A stretch of 64,000 nucleotides of DNA from Eledone cirrhosa (Eukaryota): assembly GCA_964016885.1 (NCBI GenBank), contig OZ024760.1:24924001-24988000 (forward strand). The letters are read 5' to 3'. Made by a program: the position numbers and the translations under genes. Below are positions 15,101 through 28,609 of the stretch, piece after piece; position 1 is the first letter of the stretch, and each line of letters begins with the position of its first letter. The notes under the pieces were generated by a model that was given only the letters and a program-made list of their open reading frames with translations, made no database searches and had not been told where the DNA came from.

Positions 15101-15510
15101 GGGAGAGATGACCCCTTAGCCTTTGTCAAGGCAGAATTCTAGGAGAAGGAAAACTCTGATATAACACCTGCAACCCTGATGGTATCCAATGATGTTGACT
15201 TGTTCTTCTTTTTGGTAAATATCATCTTGGTTAAGAGAGTGGGACTGGCTTTGTGCAGTGCCTTTGCTCACTATAAAAGCTTCACGGCACAGGCATTGCT
15301 TTATATCTGGAGATCTCTCTGCACTTGTCGTCACATGGTACCATGGGCCCAGCATTATGTGTCAATAATTGTCACAAGTGTAGTGTTTGTACCAGAGTTT
15401 TCAAGTCGCTGGCTGGACTAAAGTCACACTCGTTCAGCTCATCGGTAGGGGTTCTCTTACATGGATATAAAGTAGTGGCCGTACTCGAAAACGAGTTGGC
15501 AGCCACCACC
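15101..15510 (+). mobile_element. 5'-truncated bipartite RTE copy
   Basis: Near-identical to ~9980-10385; tatctatct on both flanks (TSD-like). Confidence 0.85.
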
Positions 15511-15530
15511 TATCTATCTATCTATTTATC

Positions 15531-15820
15531 TGTGGCAAAGATGGCCCGAGTGGTTGGGCCTTCTCTCTATATAAGCCTGTAGGTTGAGGAAAAAGAGAAA
15601 GAGAGGAGGGGAGTACTCACTGTTGTTAGTGCTCCTGGAGATGAGGGTTGTACATTTTTTCGGAGTGTGTACAACCCTTGTGTAACGCCTGCTCTTATTG
15701 GGGATTTTAATTGTTATTTGTTATTTTATAAATAGTTCTATTTTTATATACCTGTATTTAAACTCCCCATTTATATTTGTCCCCTTCTTTTGTGCCCTTG
15801 TGGCTAATAAATAAATTTAT
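15531..15820 (+). mobile_element. Tx1/L1-type LINE 3' end
   Basis: VAKMARV..* and terminal cccttgtggctaataaa resemble the 3' end of the 23951-24796 element; sits in (TATC)n. Confidence 0.6.
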
Positions 15821-15838
15821 CTATTTATCTATCTATCG

Positions 15839-15941
<103 letters not shown>

Positions 15942-15944
15942 ACG

Positions 15945-16240
15945 CAGTATGTCCGAATGGTAAAGGAATTGACTTAACCATCATTAGATTCCGTGATCTA
16001 GGACAAATATGGTTATTTATCAAAGTTTCGTGTCGACCCAACCCTTCTGAGAGAAATTGTGTGGACGAAGAAATCAGATCAGAATGGAAACCCTACGGTT
16101 GAACTGTACCTGTAATTCAACCGGCCAAGTCTATTTACAAAGCGTGTCATGCTAAATCTCCCTGAGCACTGCGTCAAGATTACACATATCTGTAAATTAG
16201 CTGCCACTTACACGTTAACTCCACGAGCAGGCTGAGATAA
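15945..16240 (+). mobile_element. Possible old diverged SINE of another family
   Basis: tRNA-like start (gtccgaatggtaaagg); body motifs resemble octopus repeats from memory only. Confidence 0.3.
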
Positions 16241-16644
16241 GGACAATATTGTATACTTTAAACTGAGGGTATCGGTGGGTGTCGTGGTGTTTAACGTTAG
16301 CTGTTATTTTTAGCTAAATAGAGCGACCACTCATTAGAACGTCCTCCTACATCGCCATGAAACTATGCACCCGCTCTTTAAATCTCGTTCTATGGAGGGC
16401 AGCCATATTTAGTGTTCATGCTAATAATTATTTCACTTTAAACTTGGTAGATGTTGGCAGTTTGTCAACAGAATTCTGATTGAATTGCATGGAACTTGTA
16501 TCTTACGGCCGTTCTGCCCTTCCATAGAATCTAACTTGGCAATGTTGGCTATATCACGTGACCTCGAAACTATTACACTCTTCTCTCCCAATTACTTCAT
16601 TCGTTCATTCTTTCATTCTTTCTTTCTGGTCCCTTTTCTAGGTT

Positions 16645-17522
16645 TATTTTCAACTCTAATTAATAACTACATTGTTTCTTTCCAGAGACTGTGTTGAAAA
16701 ATAAACCTCATTTGATCATTCCATGAGAGTAACTTAGTCATAGATTGACTATGAAGGAGTGATGCTAGAGCTGTGAAATATTGCATGCATTAATTTCAGT
16801 TTTTCTTATTAATCACTCCAAATGTTCATAAGCTGACTATGGAGGAGTGATGCTAGGGCTGTGAAATATTGCATGCATTAATTTCAACTTTTCTTATTAG
16901 CAACTACATTGTTTGTTTCTAGCGACAATGTTGAAAAATAAACTTAATTGGGTCGTTCCATGAAAGTATCTTGGTCATAAGCTGACTATGAAAGACTGTT
17001 GCTAAAGCTGTGGAATCTTGCATGCATTAATTTAAACTCTTCTTATTAATAACTGTATTGTTTCTTTCCAGGGTTCCAGGGACTATGTTGATGAATAAAT
17101 CTCATTTGGTCATTCCATGAGAGCATCTTCGTCATAGTCTGACAATGAAGGAGTATTGCTAGGGCTGTGAAATCATGCATGCTTTATTTTCAACTCTTCT
17201 TATTAATAACTGCATTATTTCCTTCCAGGAACTAATGTTGAAAAATAAACCTAATTTGGTCATTCCATGAGAGTATCTTGGTCATAGGCTGACTATGAAG
17301 GATTGTTACTAGAACTATGAAATCAAGCATGCTTTATTTTCAACTCTTCTTATTAATAACTGCATTGTTTCTTTCCAGGGTTCCATGGAATATGTTGAAA
17401 AATATACCCGATTTGGTCATTCCATGAGAGTATCTTGGTCATAACCTGACTAGGAATGATTGATGCTAGAGCTATGAAATATTGCCTGCATTAATTTCAA
17501 CTATTCTTTTTAATAACTGCAA
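16645..17522 (+). repeat. ~150-bp tandem satellite, about 6 units
   Basis: caactcttcttattaataactgcatt recurs at 17191 and 17341 (150 bp apart), with variants at 16651, 16886, 17034 and 17498. Confidence 0.92.
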
Positions 17523-17880
17523 AGTTTCTCCTTACACGAGAGTATATTGGTCCGCTTATGAACTTTTGAGCTCAGTATCCTATGTCCTGCGACAAACAAC
17601 TTTCTCCCTGGTTTCACTTAATCTCAAATGGAGACAATGTTTCCAGACGTTACATGATATAAGCGTTATATATGGTAATAAGTGACGTGAAATTGCTCGG
17701 ATATGAAACAAACCGGAAGCGAATAAAGCAAACCGGATGTACTTATAGTTAAGCCGTCTACGATTGTCTTGTGATAGGAAGTGAAAATAACTGATTAATT
17801 ACTTCATTGAGAATGTAATTCGTAAGAAGCATTTTATAGAAGGAAACAACACAACACTCACTTAAACACAGACACACACA

Positions 17881-17937
<57 letters not shown>

Positions 17938-18096
17938 TCATATATACATGCATTCATATATACAAACATACATATAAACATATATAAACATATATATATA
18001 TATATATATATATACATACACACACACACACATATATTTACATATATATACATATATATATATTTACACATATATACATACATAAATATACATATA

Positions 18097-18772
18097 TTGT
18101 TTCTACTTTTGGCACAAGGCCAGCAATTACCCAGTACATTACTGGTACTTTATTTGATTGACCTCCATAAGGATGAAAGGCAGAGTTAACGTAGACGTGA
18201 TTTGAGCCCAGAATTTAAAGGGCCATAACTCTCTGCGTTAAAGCATGTCGTCTGACGTTCTACTGCTACTGCCAACCCACTGCCATAGGACAATTAATAA
18301 TAATAATAATTGTTTCTACTTTTCGCACAAGGCCAACAAAATACCCCAGTGCATTACTGGTACTTTATTTTATTAATAATTGTTTCTACCTTTGGCACAA
18401 GGCCAGCAATTACCCAGTACATTACTGGTACTTTATTTTATCGACCCCGCAAGGATGAAAGGCCAAGTCAACCTCGGCGGGATTTGAACTCAGATCGTAA
18501 AGGGACGTAACTATGCTGGAAAGCATGGCGTCCGACCCTCTACCGATACTTTATTTTATTAATAATGATTTCTACTATAGGTTCAATGCCAGCAATTTGA
18601 AGGAGGGGAAATTCGATTAAATTGACCTCACTGGTACTTTCTTTTATTGACCCCATCAGGACGAAAGGCAAAGTTAACCTCGGTGGGATTTGAACTCAGA
18701 ACATAAAGGGCCGTAATTCTATCGCGCGAATCATGTTGTCTGACGCTCTAACAACACGTGCAATCCAGTGAC
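18097..18772 (-). mobile_element. Tandem tRNA-derived SINE copies (18097-18284, 18310-18370 partial, 18380-18548, 18568-18772)
   Basis: Reverse complement of B box gagttcaaatccc, central gcctttcatccttacggggtcgataaaataaagtacc and tail ggccttgtgccaaaagtagaaacaa(tta)n. Confidence 0.9.
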
Positions 18773-18786
18773 CATTATTGCTTTTT

Positions 18787-19175
18787 AAGGGCGGTGGATT
18801 GGTAGTATCGGTAGAGGGTCGGATGCCATGCTTTCTATCATAGTTACGCCCCTTTACGATCTGAGTTCAAATCCCGCCGAGGTTGACTTTGCCTTTCATC
18901 CTTACAGGGTCGATCAAATAAAGTACCAGTAATGCACTGGTGATTTTGCTGGCCTTGTGCCTAAAGTAGAAACAATTATTGCTTTTAATAACGGTGGATT
19001 GGTAGTATCGGTAGAGGGTCGGACGCCATGCTTTCCAGCATAGTTACGTCCCTTTACGATCTGAGTTCAAATCCCGCCGAGGTTGACTTTGCCTTTTATC
19101 CTTACAGGGTCGATCAAATAAAGTACCAGTAATGCACTGGGTATTGTGCTGGCCTTGTGCCAAAAGTAGAAACAA
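18787..19175 (+). mobile_element. Two tandem tRNA-derived SINE copies (18787-18975, 18990-19175)
   Basis: A box-like tggtagtatcggtagag and B box gagttcaaatccc; units separated by attattgctttt(t)aa. Confidence 0.92.
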
Positions 19176-19913
19176 TTATTGCTTTTAATAAGAGTAATAA
19201 AGCTACGTAAACTGAAATAAACGACACAGTCTTCGCTTGACGTAGGAATAATGTTGTAAAAATATTCCTAGTGTGCCTGATAAGATTACAAATCCGTTGG
19301 CAAGTTGGCAATAGAACTACTACTGTGTATTTCAATTTGATTCGTAGGAAATTGGAACGTTTAAAGCTTCTATGAGAATATCTCAAACGAATATGTCCAC
19401 CTAAGGAATTCTCATGTCCTTGAAAAATAAACGACCCAGTTTCTTGAAAGGTTTATTATATTTTATTGGAACAGATAAATATTGCTTTTCTTTCTTTGGT
19501 TTCGGATTTCTGTAACATAATCTCTCTCTACTTGTTCTCCAACATTGCCCATAAAGATTTTCCTTTCCAATGTATTGTAGATCAGAAACATTAATACTGA
19601 GGTTTTTCTCAATCTGTTAAATGCGATGAATAGGTCGGTTGAGTGCAGGGTTTCAGTCTCTACAGCACGGCTTTACGATTCTTTGAATATGGCCTTCAGA
19701 AATCAGGCTAAAGTTTGAACAAAAAGTTACATTTGTTTACAACTATATGGTGCATATATCCCGAGGTAGTGATTTTGCAGAGTCACTAATATGTCCGATA
19801 AAATACGACGAGGTCAACCACTCTTTCTCTTCGTCACTTCGAGGTCGATAAATAAAGTATTAGACCGGTATTGAAGCCAAATCTTCATCAATCTCACTAT
19901 ACCCCTCTCTCTC

Positions 19914-20041
<128 letters not shown>

Positions 20042-20111
20042 GCCGAAATAGTCACTTGAGGGGGACTTCCTCTCTGAAGACGTTCTGCTGTCCTGCTCTC
20101 CAGAGAGTTTC

Positions 20112-20198
<87 letters not shown>

Positions 20199-20776
20199 GG
20201 TGGCTGCCAACTCGTTTTCGAGTGCGGCCACTACTGTATATCCATGTAGGAAACCCCTAGCGATGCCCTGAACGAGTGTGACTTTTTAGTCCAGCCAGCG
20301 ACTTGAAAACTCTGGTACAAACACTACACTTGTGACAATTACTGACACATAGTGCTGGGCCCATGGTACCATGTGACGACAAGTTCAGAGAGATCTCCAG
20401 ATATAAAGCAATGCAGTGAAGCTTTTATAGTGAGCAAAGGCACTGCACAAAGCCAGTCCCACTCTCTTAACGAAGATGATATTTACCAAAAAGAAGAACA
20501 AGTCAACATCATTGGATACCATCAGGGTTGCAGGTGTTATATCAGAGTTTTCCTTCTCCTAGAAAAAAGCTAAGGGTCATCTCTCCCGGTGATTTTGGAT
20601 GGCCAAGAGCTCCTTTGCCCTTTGACAGGTTTTGTTTTTAGTCCTGCAGGATTTCCAAAGTCACCCTCCTCACCAAGAAACCTTGGTGGGGTTGCTAGTT
20701 TAGTCGCCAACGACCAGACCATGAGACAGGTTGTACTGGGATACATGTTACCAGTAGCACCAACTGGTGACCTGAC
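20199..20776 (-). mobile_element. Bipartite RTE element, full-length copy
   Basis: Reverse complement of 9777-10385 with the same 5' start GTCAGGTCACC. Confidence 0.85.
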
Positions 20777-20803
20777 ATAACATGTATATATACATACATA
20801 CAT

Positions 20804-20834
<31 letters not shown>

Positions 20835-20876
20835 GAAAACGAAAAAGCAGTGATGCATCTGAACTCAATTTTTTGT

Positions 20877-20964
20877 GTGTTACAATTGTTTCGCCGGCGG
20901 ACAGCTCGAGACGCGATCATTGTGTGGATCTGTCTGATTCTGGATCCGTTGTCTCATCGGATAC
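20877..20964 (-). ncRNA. Degenerate HHR
   Basis: gtat-CCGATGA-gacaacgga...tccgccggc-GAAAC-AATT-GTA-acac; U4>C, several stem mismatches. Confidence 0.5.
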
Positions 20965-21032
20965 GTCTAATGATTTCGGAGCAAATTGTTTTGTTTTATA
21001 TTATATGATACTCTGCTCTGTAAGAACATAGA

Positions 21033-21127
<95 letters not shown>

Positions 21128-21129
<2 letters not shown>

Positions 21130-21195
21130 TGTGTGGTAGCTAAGATGCTTCCATGGGTGGTATCTTCATACCGCCCATGGAAGCATCTTAGCTAC

Positions 21196-21203
<8 letters not shown>
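21128..21203. repeat. Near-perfect 36-bp-arm hairpin
   Basis: tgtgtgtggtagctaagatgcttccatgggtggtat-cttc-ataccgcccatggaagcatcttagctaccacacaca. Confidence 0.95.
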
Positions 21204-21229
<26 letters not shown>

Positions 21230-21587
21230 CACACTACACACGCATATATATATATAAATATACGGGGTAACAAATAATAGTTATATGCAGTCCACTTAGG
21301 TGTAGTCCAGTTATGGTACTCCGAGTAGTGGATGATATCAACGCTTGGCTAAGTTTGACTCAACAAGGCGTTTCCATAGTGATGCTGCGAGTACGCAGTA
21401 ATTCCTATGTTGTAAACACTTGGAGTAATAATAAATCGGTAAAGAAGAGTGACACGGTTTGCTATACAAAAAAATTATTGGTGGCATTGTTGATATTGTT
21501 GTTATTGTTCTAACTGAATGCCATTACTTCTGCATATAGTAGCTCGTATATTCTTTTCATGCCTGTATAATCTCTTCATTCTCGCAA

Positions 21588-21700
21588 GCTCCGATGAACT
21601 GACTGGTTATAATTTTGTATTGGCGATCGAGTAACGTGATAATAAGCGGATAGCGATCTCTAGACCTACCAGTTCAGAGAAACAATTGTCACCAATGAGA
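21588..21700 (+). ncRNA. Degenerate HHR with long stem II, inside ~47-bp inverted repeats (21428-21474/21710-21755)
   Basis: CCGATGA-actgactggt...accagttcaga-GAAAC-AATT-GTC; stem I eroded. Confidence 0.55.
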
Positions 21701-21869
21701 TTAAAAACCTTTTTTGTATAGCAAACCATGTCACTCTTCTTTCCCGATTTATTATATATATAAATATATATATATATACATATACTGTATATACATACAT
21801 ATATATGTAGTATATATATATATATATCATACTGAATTATATTATTAGTATATTCAATATTGTTGTATG

Positions 21870-22529
21870 TCAGAATGTGTGAGTGTGTGTATGTAAGTAT
21901 ATATGTATGTGTGCGTGTGTGTGTGTATCGAAATAAATCTGTGTCTGCCAGTGCCTGTGTGTGTGTGTGTGTGTGTGTATTACATATGTGTATTATATAT
22001 GTGTATGTGTGTTTGTGTCAGTCTGTGTGTGAATGTGTGTGTGTGTGTCAATCTGTGTGTGAGTCTGTGTGTGTGTATATGTGTATGTGTGTGTATGTAT
22101 ATGTATGTGAGGTATGTGTGTCAGTGTGTGTGTGTGTGTGTGTGTCAATATGTGTGTGTGTGAGTCTCTGTGTGTGTGTGTATATGTGTATGTATGTATA
22201 TGTATGTGTATGTATGTGTGTGAGAGTCTCTATCTGTGTGTGTGTATATGTGTGTGTGTATGTATATATATATATGTGTGTGTGTATATGTGTGTGTGTA
22301 TGTATATATATATATGTGTGTGTGTATGTATATATATATATATATGTGTGTGTGTGTATGTATATGTATGTGAGGTATGTGTGTCAGTATGTGTGTGTGT
22401 GTGTGTGTGTGTCAACATGTGTGTGTGTGTGTGAGTGTCTGTGTGTGTATATGTGTATGTGTGTGTATGTATATGTATGTATGTGTGTGAGAGTCTCTAT
22501 CTGTGTGTGTGTATCTGTGTGTGTGTATG

Positions 22530-22560
<31 letters not shown>

Positions 22561-23115
22561 ATGTATATACATATATATATGTGTGTGTGTGTGTGTGTAT
22601 GCATTGATTCGCCGAAAAACGTTGTTTCGTTTCGTGTTGGTCTATTTTCGTCATTCTCCCATAGTTGCTTCAATGCGCAATATTTTTACCCATATTACAC
22701 ATTGTGATACAGTTTGGTGTATGAGAGACAGGAGATAGAGAGAGAGAGAGGGAGAGAGAGACATGAGAGAGAGTGGAGGAAAGGGAGAGAGAGAGAGGGG
22801 GAGGGAGAGGGATACGGATGGCGGGGGAGACAGAGAGATGTAGAGACTGAGATAAAGAAGGTGAGAGAGAGATCTAGAGAGATCTAGAGACAGGGAGAGA
22901 GAGAGGAAGAGAGAGACATGAGAGAGAGTGGGGGAGAGGGAGAGAGAGAGTGGGGGGGAGAGAGAGGGGGAGAAAGAGAGATGGGGAGTCAGTGAGTGGG
23001 AGAGAGATATAGAGATAGAGATAAACAGTGTGAGAGAGGGAGAGACAGAGAGGGATAGAGAGAGGGATAAAGAGAGCGGGGGATACAGAGAGATGTAGAG
23101 ACTGAGATAAAGAGG

Positions 23116-23152
<37 letters not shown>

Positions 23153-23690
23153 AGAGAGAGTGGAAGAGAGAGACATGAGAGAGAGTGGGGGAGAGGGAGA
23201 GCAATAGGGGGGAGACAGAGAGAGGGGGAGTCAGAGAGTGAGAGAGAGATGTAGAGACAGAGATAAACAGGGTAAGAGGGGGATAGAGAGAGGGATAAAG
23301 AGAGCGGGGGAGACAGAGAGATGTAGAGACTGAGATAAAGAGGGGGAGAGAGAGAGAGATCTAGAGAGAGGGAGAGAGAGACATGAGAGAGAGTGTGGGA
23401 GAGGGAGAGAGAGAGAGGGGGAAAGAGTGAGGGAGAAAGCGAGCGGGGGAGTCAGAGAGTGGGAGAGAGATGTAGAGACTGAGATAAAGAGGATGAGACA
23501 GGGAGAGAGAGAGAGAGAGTGAGAGATCTAGAGACAGAGAGAGACGGAGACAGACAGATAGACAAGGAGAGTCAGAGAGAGAGACTCAGAGTGACTGGGA
23601 AAGTCAGAGAGAAAGAGAGAGACCAGGAGAGATAGAGGCAGACAGAGAGAGAAAATTAAAAAGAGAAACTCATAGAGAGAGAGGAAGAGC
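21870..23690. repeat. TG-rich then GA-rich complex minisatellites
   Basis: TG-rich to ~22600; GA-rich from ~22725 with recurring gagatgtagagactgagataaa. Confidence 0.9.
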
Positions 23691-23759
23691 TTGAAAGAAT
23701 GTTAGTGAGAAATATAGAGAACGAAATAGAAAGCAACGTAAAGATCATGATGATAAAAA

Positions 23760-23932
23760 TTGTTTCTACTTTTGGCACAAGGCCAGCAATTACTTCAGTG
23801 TATTACTGGTACTTTATTTTATCGACCCCGTAAGGATGAAAGGCAAAGTTAACCTCGGCGGGATTTGAACTCAGAATGGAAAGGGCTGTAACTCTTTGCG
23901 TCAAAGCATGGCGTCCGACCCTCTACCGATGC
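23760..23932 (-). mobile_element. tRNA-derived SINE
   Basis: Same family as 18787-19175. Confidence 0.9.
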
Positions 23933-23950
23933 AGCCATGATAATAATGAT

Positions 23951-24796
23951 GGTTTCATTTATTGGCCACAAGGGCCGACATATAGGGGACAAGACAATAA
24001 ACGGGGCAAGAGTGTGCGGGGGGGGGGGGGTTACAGAAGAATCGAGTAAAGATTTAGGAAAACAATAACATTAAACAAAAAAAAATACAACAATGAAAAT
24101 TACCCAATACGGGGGAATAACCACCCAGGGTTGATTCTGGTACCCCATCAATCCTGAACCACCCGACGCTTCGAGGGCACCCGGGAAGGGCACCCCTCTC
24201 CTCCTCAAATTCACCAGCCTACAGGTGCATGATCAGAGTTTACACACTCACAAGGGCCAATCTTGCCACATTCACCCACCTTTCAGCAAATGTACTGGGA
24301 AGGTGGAGGCAGCATTTCTCTCTCCACCCTCACCTCCTTTTCCAAATGAAATTTGAAATTTGAAATTTGAAAAACGTTGATGAGGGATTGGCCGAAGAAA
24401 AAAGTCTCTGTCTTTAGTCCTTTCAATCTGGTCCACCATACAACTTCTTTCGATACTGTACTGCTACCAGACAGAAGAAAATTACATGCCCTTCCTGGCC
24501 AAAAGAAGAGGGCGGGTCCATCTTCATTGTGGACTCGACCGGATCAGTTCTACACGGGAACGGGACAACAGCTGTTCGACATAACTCCACAAATCTGTAA
24601 AGCACGGACACTGGACGAGTGCGTGCAGAACGGTTTTGTCGTTCTGCACACATCTCGGGCAGGTCCGTCGGACAGCACTACCGTGCCTGTAGAGTTTATT
24701 TCGAACCGGCAGTGCTCCCACTGTAGCATTGCCAAGCGAGTAATATCTGGAAGTTATCCATTGTCCCCGGCTCGAAGGTTCTCCGGAAGAGACTGG
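23951..24796 (-). mobile_element. Tx1/L1-type LINE 3' fragment (zf-RVT region + 3' UTR)
   Basis: GALPVRNKLYRHG..TCPRCVQNDKTVLHALVQC..LWSYVE; FAERWVNVARLA; ends cttgtggccaataaa plus (ATC/ATT)n. Confidence 0.85.
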
Positions 24797-24807
24797 ATAA
24801 TGATAAT

Positions 24808-25388
24808 TATTTTTTCCACTTTTGGCACAAGGCCAGCAATTATCTCAGTACATTACTGGTACTTTATTTTATCGACCCTGTAAGGATGAAAAGCAAAGTT
24901 AACCTCGGCGGGATTTGAACTCAGATCATAAAGGGAGGGAACTCTATGCTTCAAAGCATGGCGTCCGACGCTCTACAGATACTGCCAATCCACCGCCCTA
25001 TGAATAATTATAATAATAATTCCTTTATTGGCCATAAAAGTCTACATATAGGGGGCAATAGAAGACAGGACAATAATAATAATAATTGTTTCTACTTTTG
25101 GCACAAGGCCAGTAAATCACCAGTGTATTACTGGTACTTTATTTTATCGACCCCGTAAGGATGAAAGGCAAAGTTAACCTTGGTTTCCTATATAGGCACA
25201 AGGCCCGTAATTTTGGGGGAGGGGAAAGTCAATTAAAATGACCCCAGCGCGTGACTGGTACTTTATTTTATCGATCCCGTAAGGATGAAAGGCAAAGTTA
25301 ACCGCGGCGGGATTTGAACTCAGACCGTAAAGTGACGTAACTCTATGCTGCAAATCATGGTGTCCGACGCTCTACATATGCTGCCAAA
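24808..25388 (-). mobile_element. SINE cluster (24808-24999, 25086-25182, 25183-25388) plus a tiny Tx1-type 3' tip (25020-25072)
   Basis: SINE central and B-box motifs; tttattggccataaaagtctacatataggggg matches ~23958-23990. Confidence 0.85.
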
Positions 25389-26365
25389 TGATAATAAAAT
25401 ATGAAGCAATAGTGAAATTGGTGCAACAGTTTGCAAAAGACCATGAGTGGGTGTGTGTGCTCATGTGTGTAAGTGTGTGTTTGCTTTTGTGTGTGTGAGT
25501 GTTTGTGTGTGTTTGCGTGTATGTGTGCTTGTGTGGATGTTTCTCTGTGCGTATGTGTGTTTGTGTGTCTGTTTTTGTGCGTATATGTTTCGTACGTGTG
25601 TGTTACTGTGTTTGTGGAGGAATGTGGGCGTATATGTGTATGCATGTGAGTATGTGTGCGTGTGTGTGTTTCTCTGTGTTTATGGTGTTATTTCTCTCTC
25701 TCCTCCTCTCTCTCCACAGCTCTCTCTCTTTGTATGTGCGTGTGTTAATGTAAGGGTGTATATGTATGTGTATGTGTGTGTGTGTTTCTGTGTGTTTCTG
25801 GGGTTATTTCTCCCTCTCTCTCACCCCAGCTCTCTCTCTCTTTGTATGTGTGTGTGTTGATGTATGGGTGTATGTGTATGTGTATGTCCGTGTGTATGTG
25901 TGGGTTTCTGTGTTTGTGGGGGTATTTCTCCCCCCCCCCCTCTCCTTCCCTCACTCCCCTTCTCTCTCTCTCTGTATGAGTGTATATATGTGTGTGTGTG
26001 TGTATATTGGTGTGTGTTGTTTACTAAGTCACTGCAGGTTTATTTTTTTTCATTATGTCAATATCTTAATATCGCCAATAGCTTCGGGTGTCAACCGTAC
26101 ATATTTTATTAACTATTCGTGCGTCAAAGACTCAATCCCTCGCCTGGTTTAACACTGCAATATTCCTGGCCCTTCCTTGTAAGTATTCAGCCATGTTGAT
26201 AATATTCAACCATGTTGATAATATTCCGCCATGTTGGTGGTATTCCGCCATGTTGATATGTGTTACACTTCGGTCGTTTTAGACAATAATTATTTTTCAG
26301 TTGTTTGATGAATAGAACATTCTGCTCACGATATTATTCACGAGGTTCGCTTGAAATGTTCTCAG

Positions 26366-26822
26366 GCTGACCAAGATACTCTCATGGAATAACCAAAAGA
26401 GGTTTATGTTTCAACATAGTCAGTCCTTGAAACAAAACAGTGCTGTTATTAATAATAAAAGTTGAAATAAATACATGCAAGAATGCAGAGCTCTAGCATC
26501 ATTACTTCATAGTCAGTCTATGACCAAGATACTCTCATCGAATAACCGAAAGAGGCTTATTTTTCATCATTGTCATTGGAAGGAAACAATGCTGTTATTA
26601 ATAAGAAGAGTTGAAATAAATACATGAAAGATTTCACAGCTTTCGCATCACTCCTTCATAGTCAGCCTATGACCAAGTTACTCTCATGGACTGACCAAAA
26701 GAGGTTTATTTTTCAACATAGTCCCTGGAAAGAAACAATGCAATTATTAATGAGAAAACTAAACTTAAAATTAATGTGTGTAGGATTTCACAGCTCTAGC
26801 ATCACCTCTTCATAGTCGACCT
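26366..26822 (-). repeat. Second array of the ~150-bp satellite, about 3 units, inverted
   Basis: tgaccaagatactctcat recurs at ~26369, 26521 and ~26670; reverse complement of the 16645-17522 units. Confidence 0.9.
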
Positions 26823-27149
26823 ATTAACCTTTCAGCCACCACTTTCTATCCCGCCCCCTCTCTCTCTCCCTATATATATATATATATATAAGAGAATGAT
26901 TTAAAAAAAAAAAAACGAGATGTCCCACACGGGTGAAAGTAACAACGTTTGAGTTAAATAACCACACCAACCCGCAATTGGTCAAGAGTGGTGTGTTCGC
27001 CTACACACCTGACATTGCAAGACCAATACCAAACAGAAAGCGGGGGGGGGGCTCAACGAGGTAAAAGTTCCTCCAACACGAATGAGAAGGCCCTGGATTT
27101 GATTAGATATATGGATATATAGTGAAGACGCGTGGCTGAGTGGTGTCAT

Positions 27150-27630
27150 AATTGGATTCGCACACAAATCTTTCCAAATCACTAATGGGGACACAGCCTC
27201 GTATGTAGCATGATGGCAGTGGTCAGCAAATCGGGATAGGAGAGCTTTCGCCCCCTGGTATTAGTGACACTAATGAGGACACAGCGTCAGAGGTGGCGCG
27301 ATGGCAGTGGCCAGCAAAACTTACTCTCCTGTTACGTACAACGAGAGATATGCGTGGGAGGCCGGATTTATCTCTCTCAAAGGAAGTGATATCATGCAAG
27401 CCGATGACATCATGTATCTTTGGTCCTGGATTATGCACTCTAAGAAGGATCTCACCACCAGAAAGGCCCAAGCATGGTCAGCTTCCAACAAGATGGATCG
27501 AGTTTGGCGCTCAAATCTTTCCAACCACACCAACATCAGACTCTTCCAAGTAATAATTCAACCAATCATGCTACATGGAAGTGAAACATGGACACTTTCA
27601 TCCAAACAACAAAAGGACCTTGATAGCACC
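27150..27630. mobile_element. RTE-X-like LINE fragment with internal inversion
   Basis: Plus 27370-27630: YLWSWI..KDLTTRKAQAWSASNKM..IMLHGSETWTL..DLDST. Minus from 27363: GLPRISLVVRNRRVSFAGHCHRA..GRKLSYPD. Confidence 0.85.
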
Positions 27631-27631
27631 T

Positions 27632-27849
27632 CCATTACTACAACAACAACAACTACTACTACTATAACTACTACTACTACTACTACTAGTACTACTACTA
27701 CGACTACTAACATTACCTTGATGACACCTACACTACTACTACTTTGATGACAACTACTACTACTACTACTTTGATGACAACTACACTACTACTACTAGTA
27801 CTACTACTACTACAACTACTACTACTACTATTACTACTACTACTACTAT

Positions 27850-27894
<45 letters not shown>

Positions 27895-27955
27895 CTTGAT
27901 GACACCTACACTACTACTATTTTGATGACTACTACTTTGATGACAACTACACTAA

Positions 27956-27991
<36 letters not shown>

Positions 27992-28035
27992 CTTGATGAC
28001 ACCTACACTACTACTACTTTGATGACCACTACACA

Positions 28036-28120
<85 letters not shown>
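27632..28120. repeat. (ACT)n microsatellite with ttgatgac interruptions
   Basis: Direct reading. Confidence 0.95.
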
Positions 28121-28121
<1 letters not shown>

Positions 28122-28431
28122 GCTGATGGCACTTATACCTGCTTCAACGCATTCAGAATCCTTTGTTATAGAACCGAATAACCTGCCAAATAAACCACGT
28201 GTATTCGCACCTTTTGGCCAAGAAGTTGTACACGTACACCAATAACTATTCACCTGTTACGTACGATGTATCTGAAGTTCAGTGTTTCTTTCAAATATAT
28301 GTTTCTTTCAAATTTGGCTCTGGTCACTTTCATTTCAATCTTTAATTTCTTGTTTAAGAGACTAACACCTAACTTAGACACGTTTAAATGTCCACTGTGG
28401 AGCCCACTGGTGTCTAGCAGCCATATATACG

Positions 28432-28518
<87 letters not shown>

Positions 28519-28543
28519 GTACATATACATATGCATACATGTA

Positions 28544-28609
<66 letters not shown>

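Noticed and set aside
16645-17522. CRISPR array or HHR-bearing satellite
   Set aside because: No unique spacers, eukaryotic context, and the units lack a CUGANGA core.
18787-18880. tRNA genes at SINE heads
   Set aside because: A/B boxes continue into SINE body and tail; no cloverleaf.
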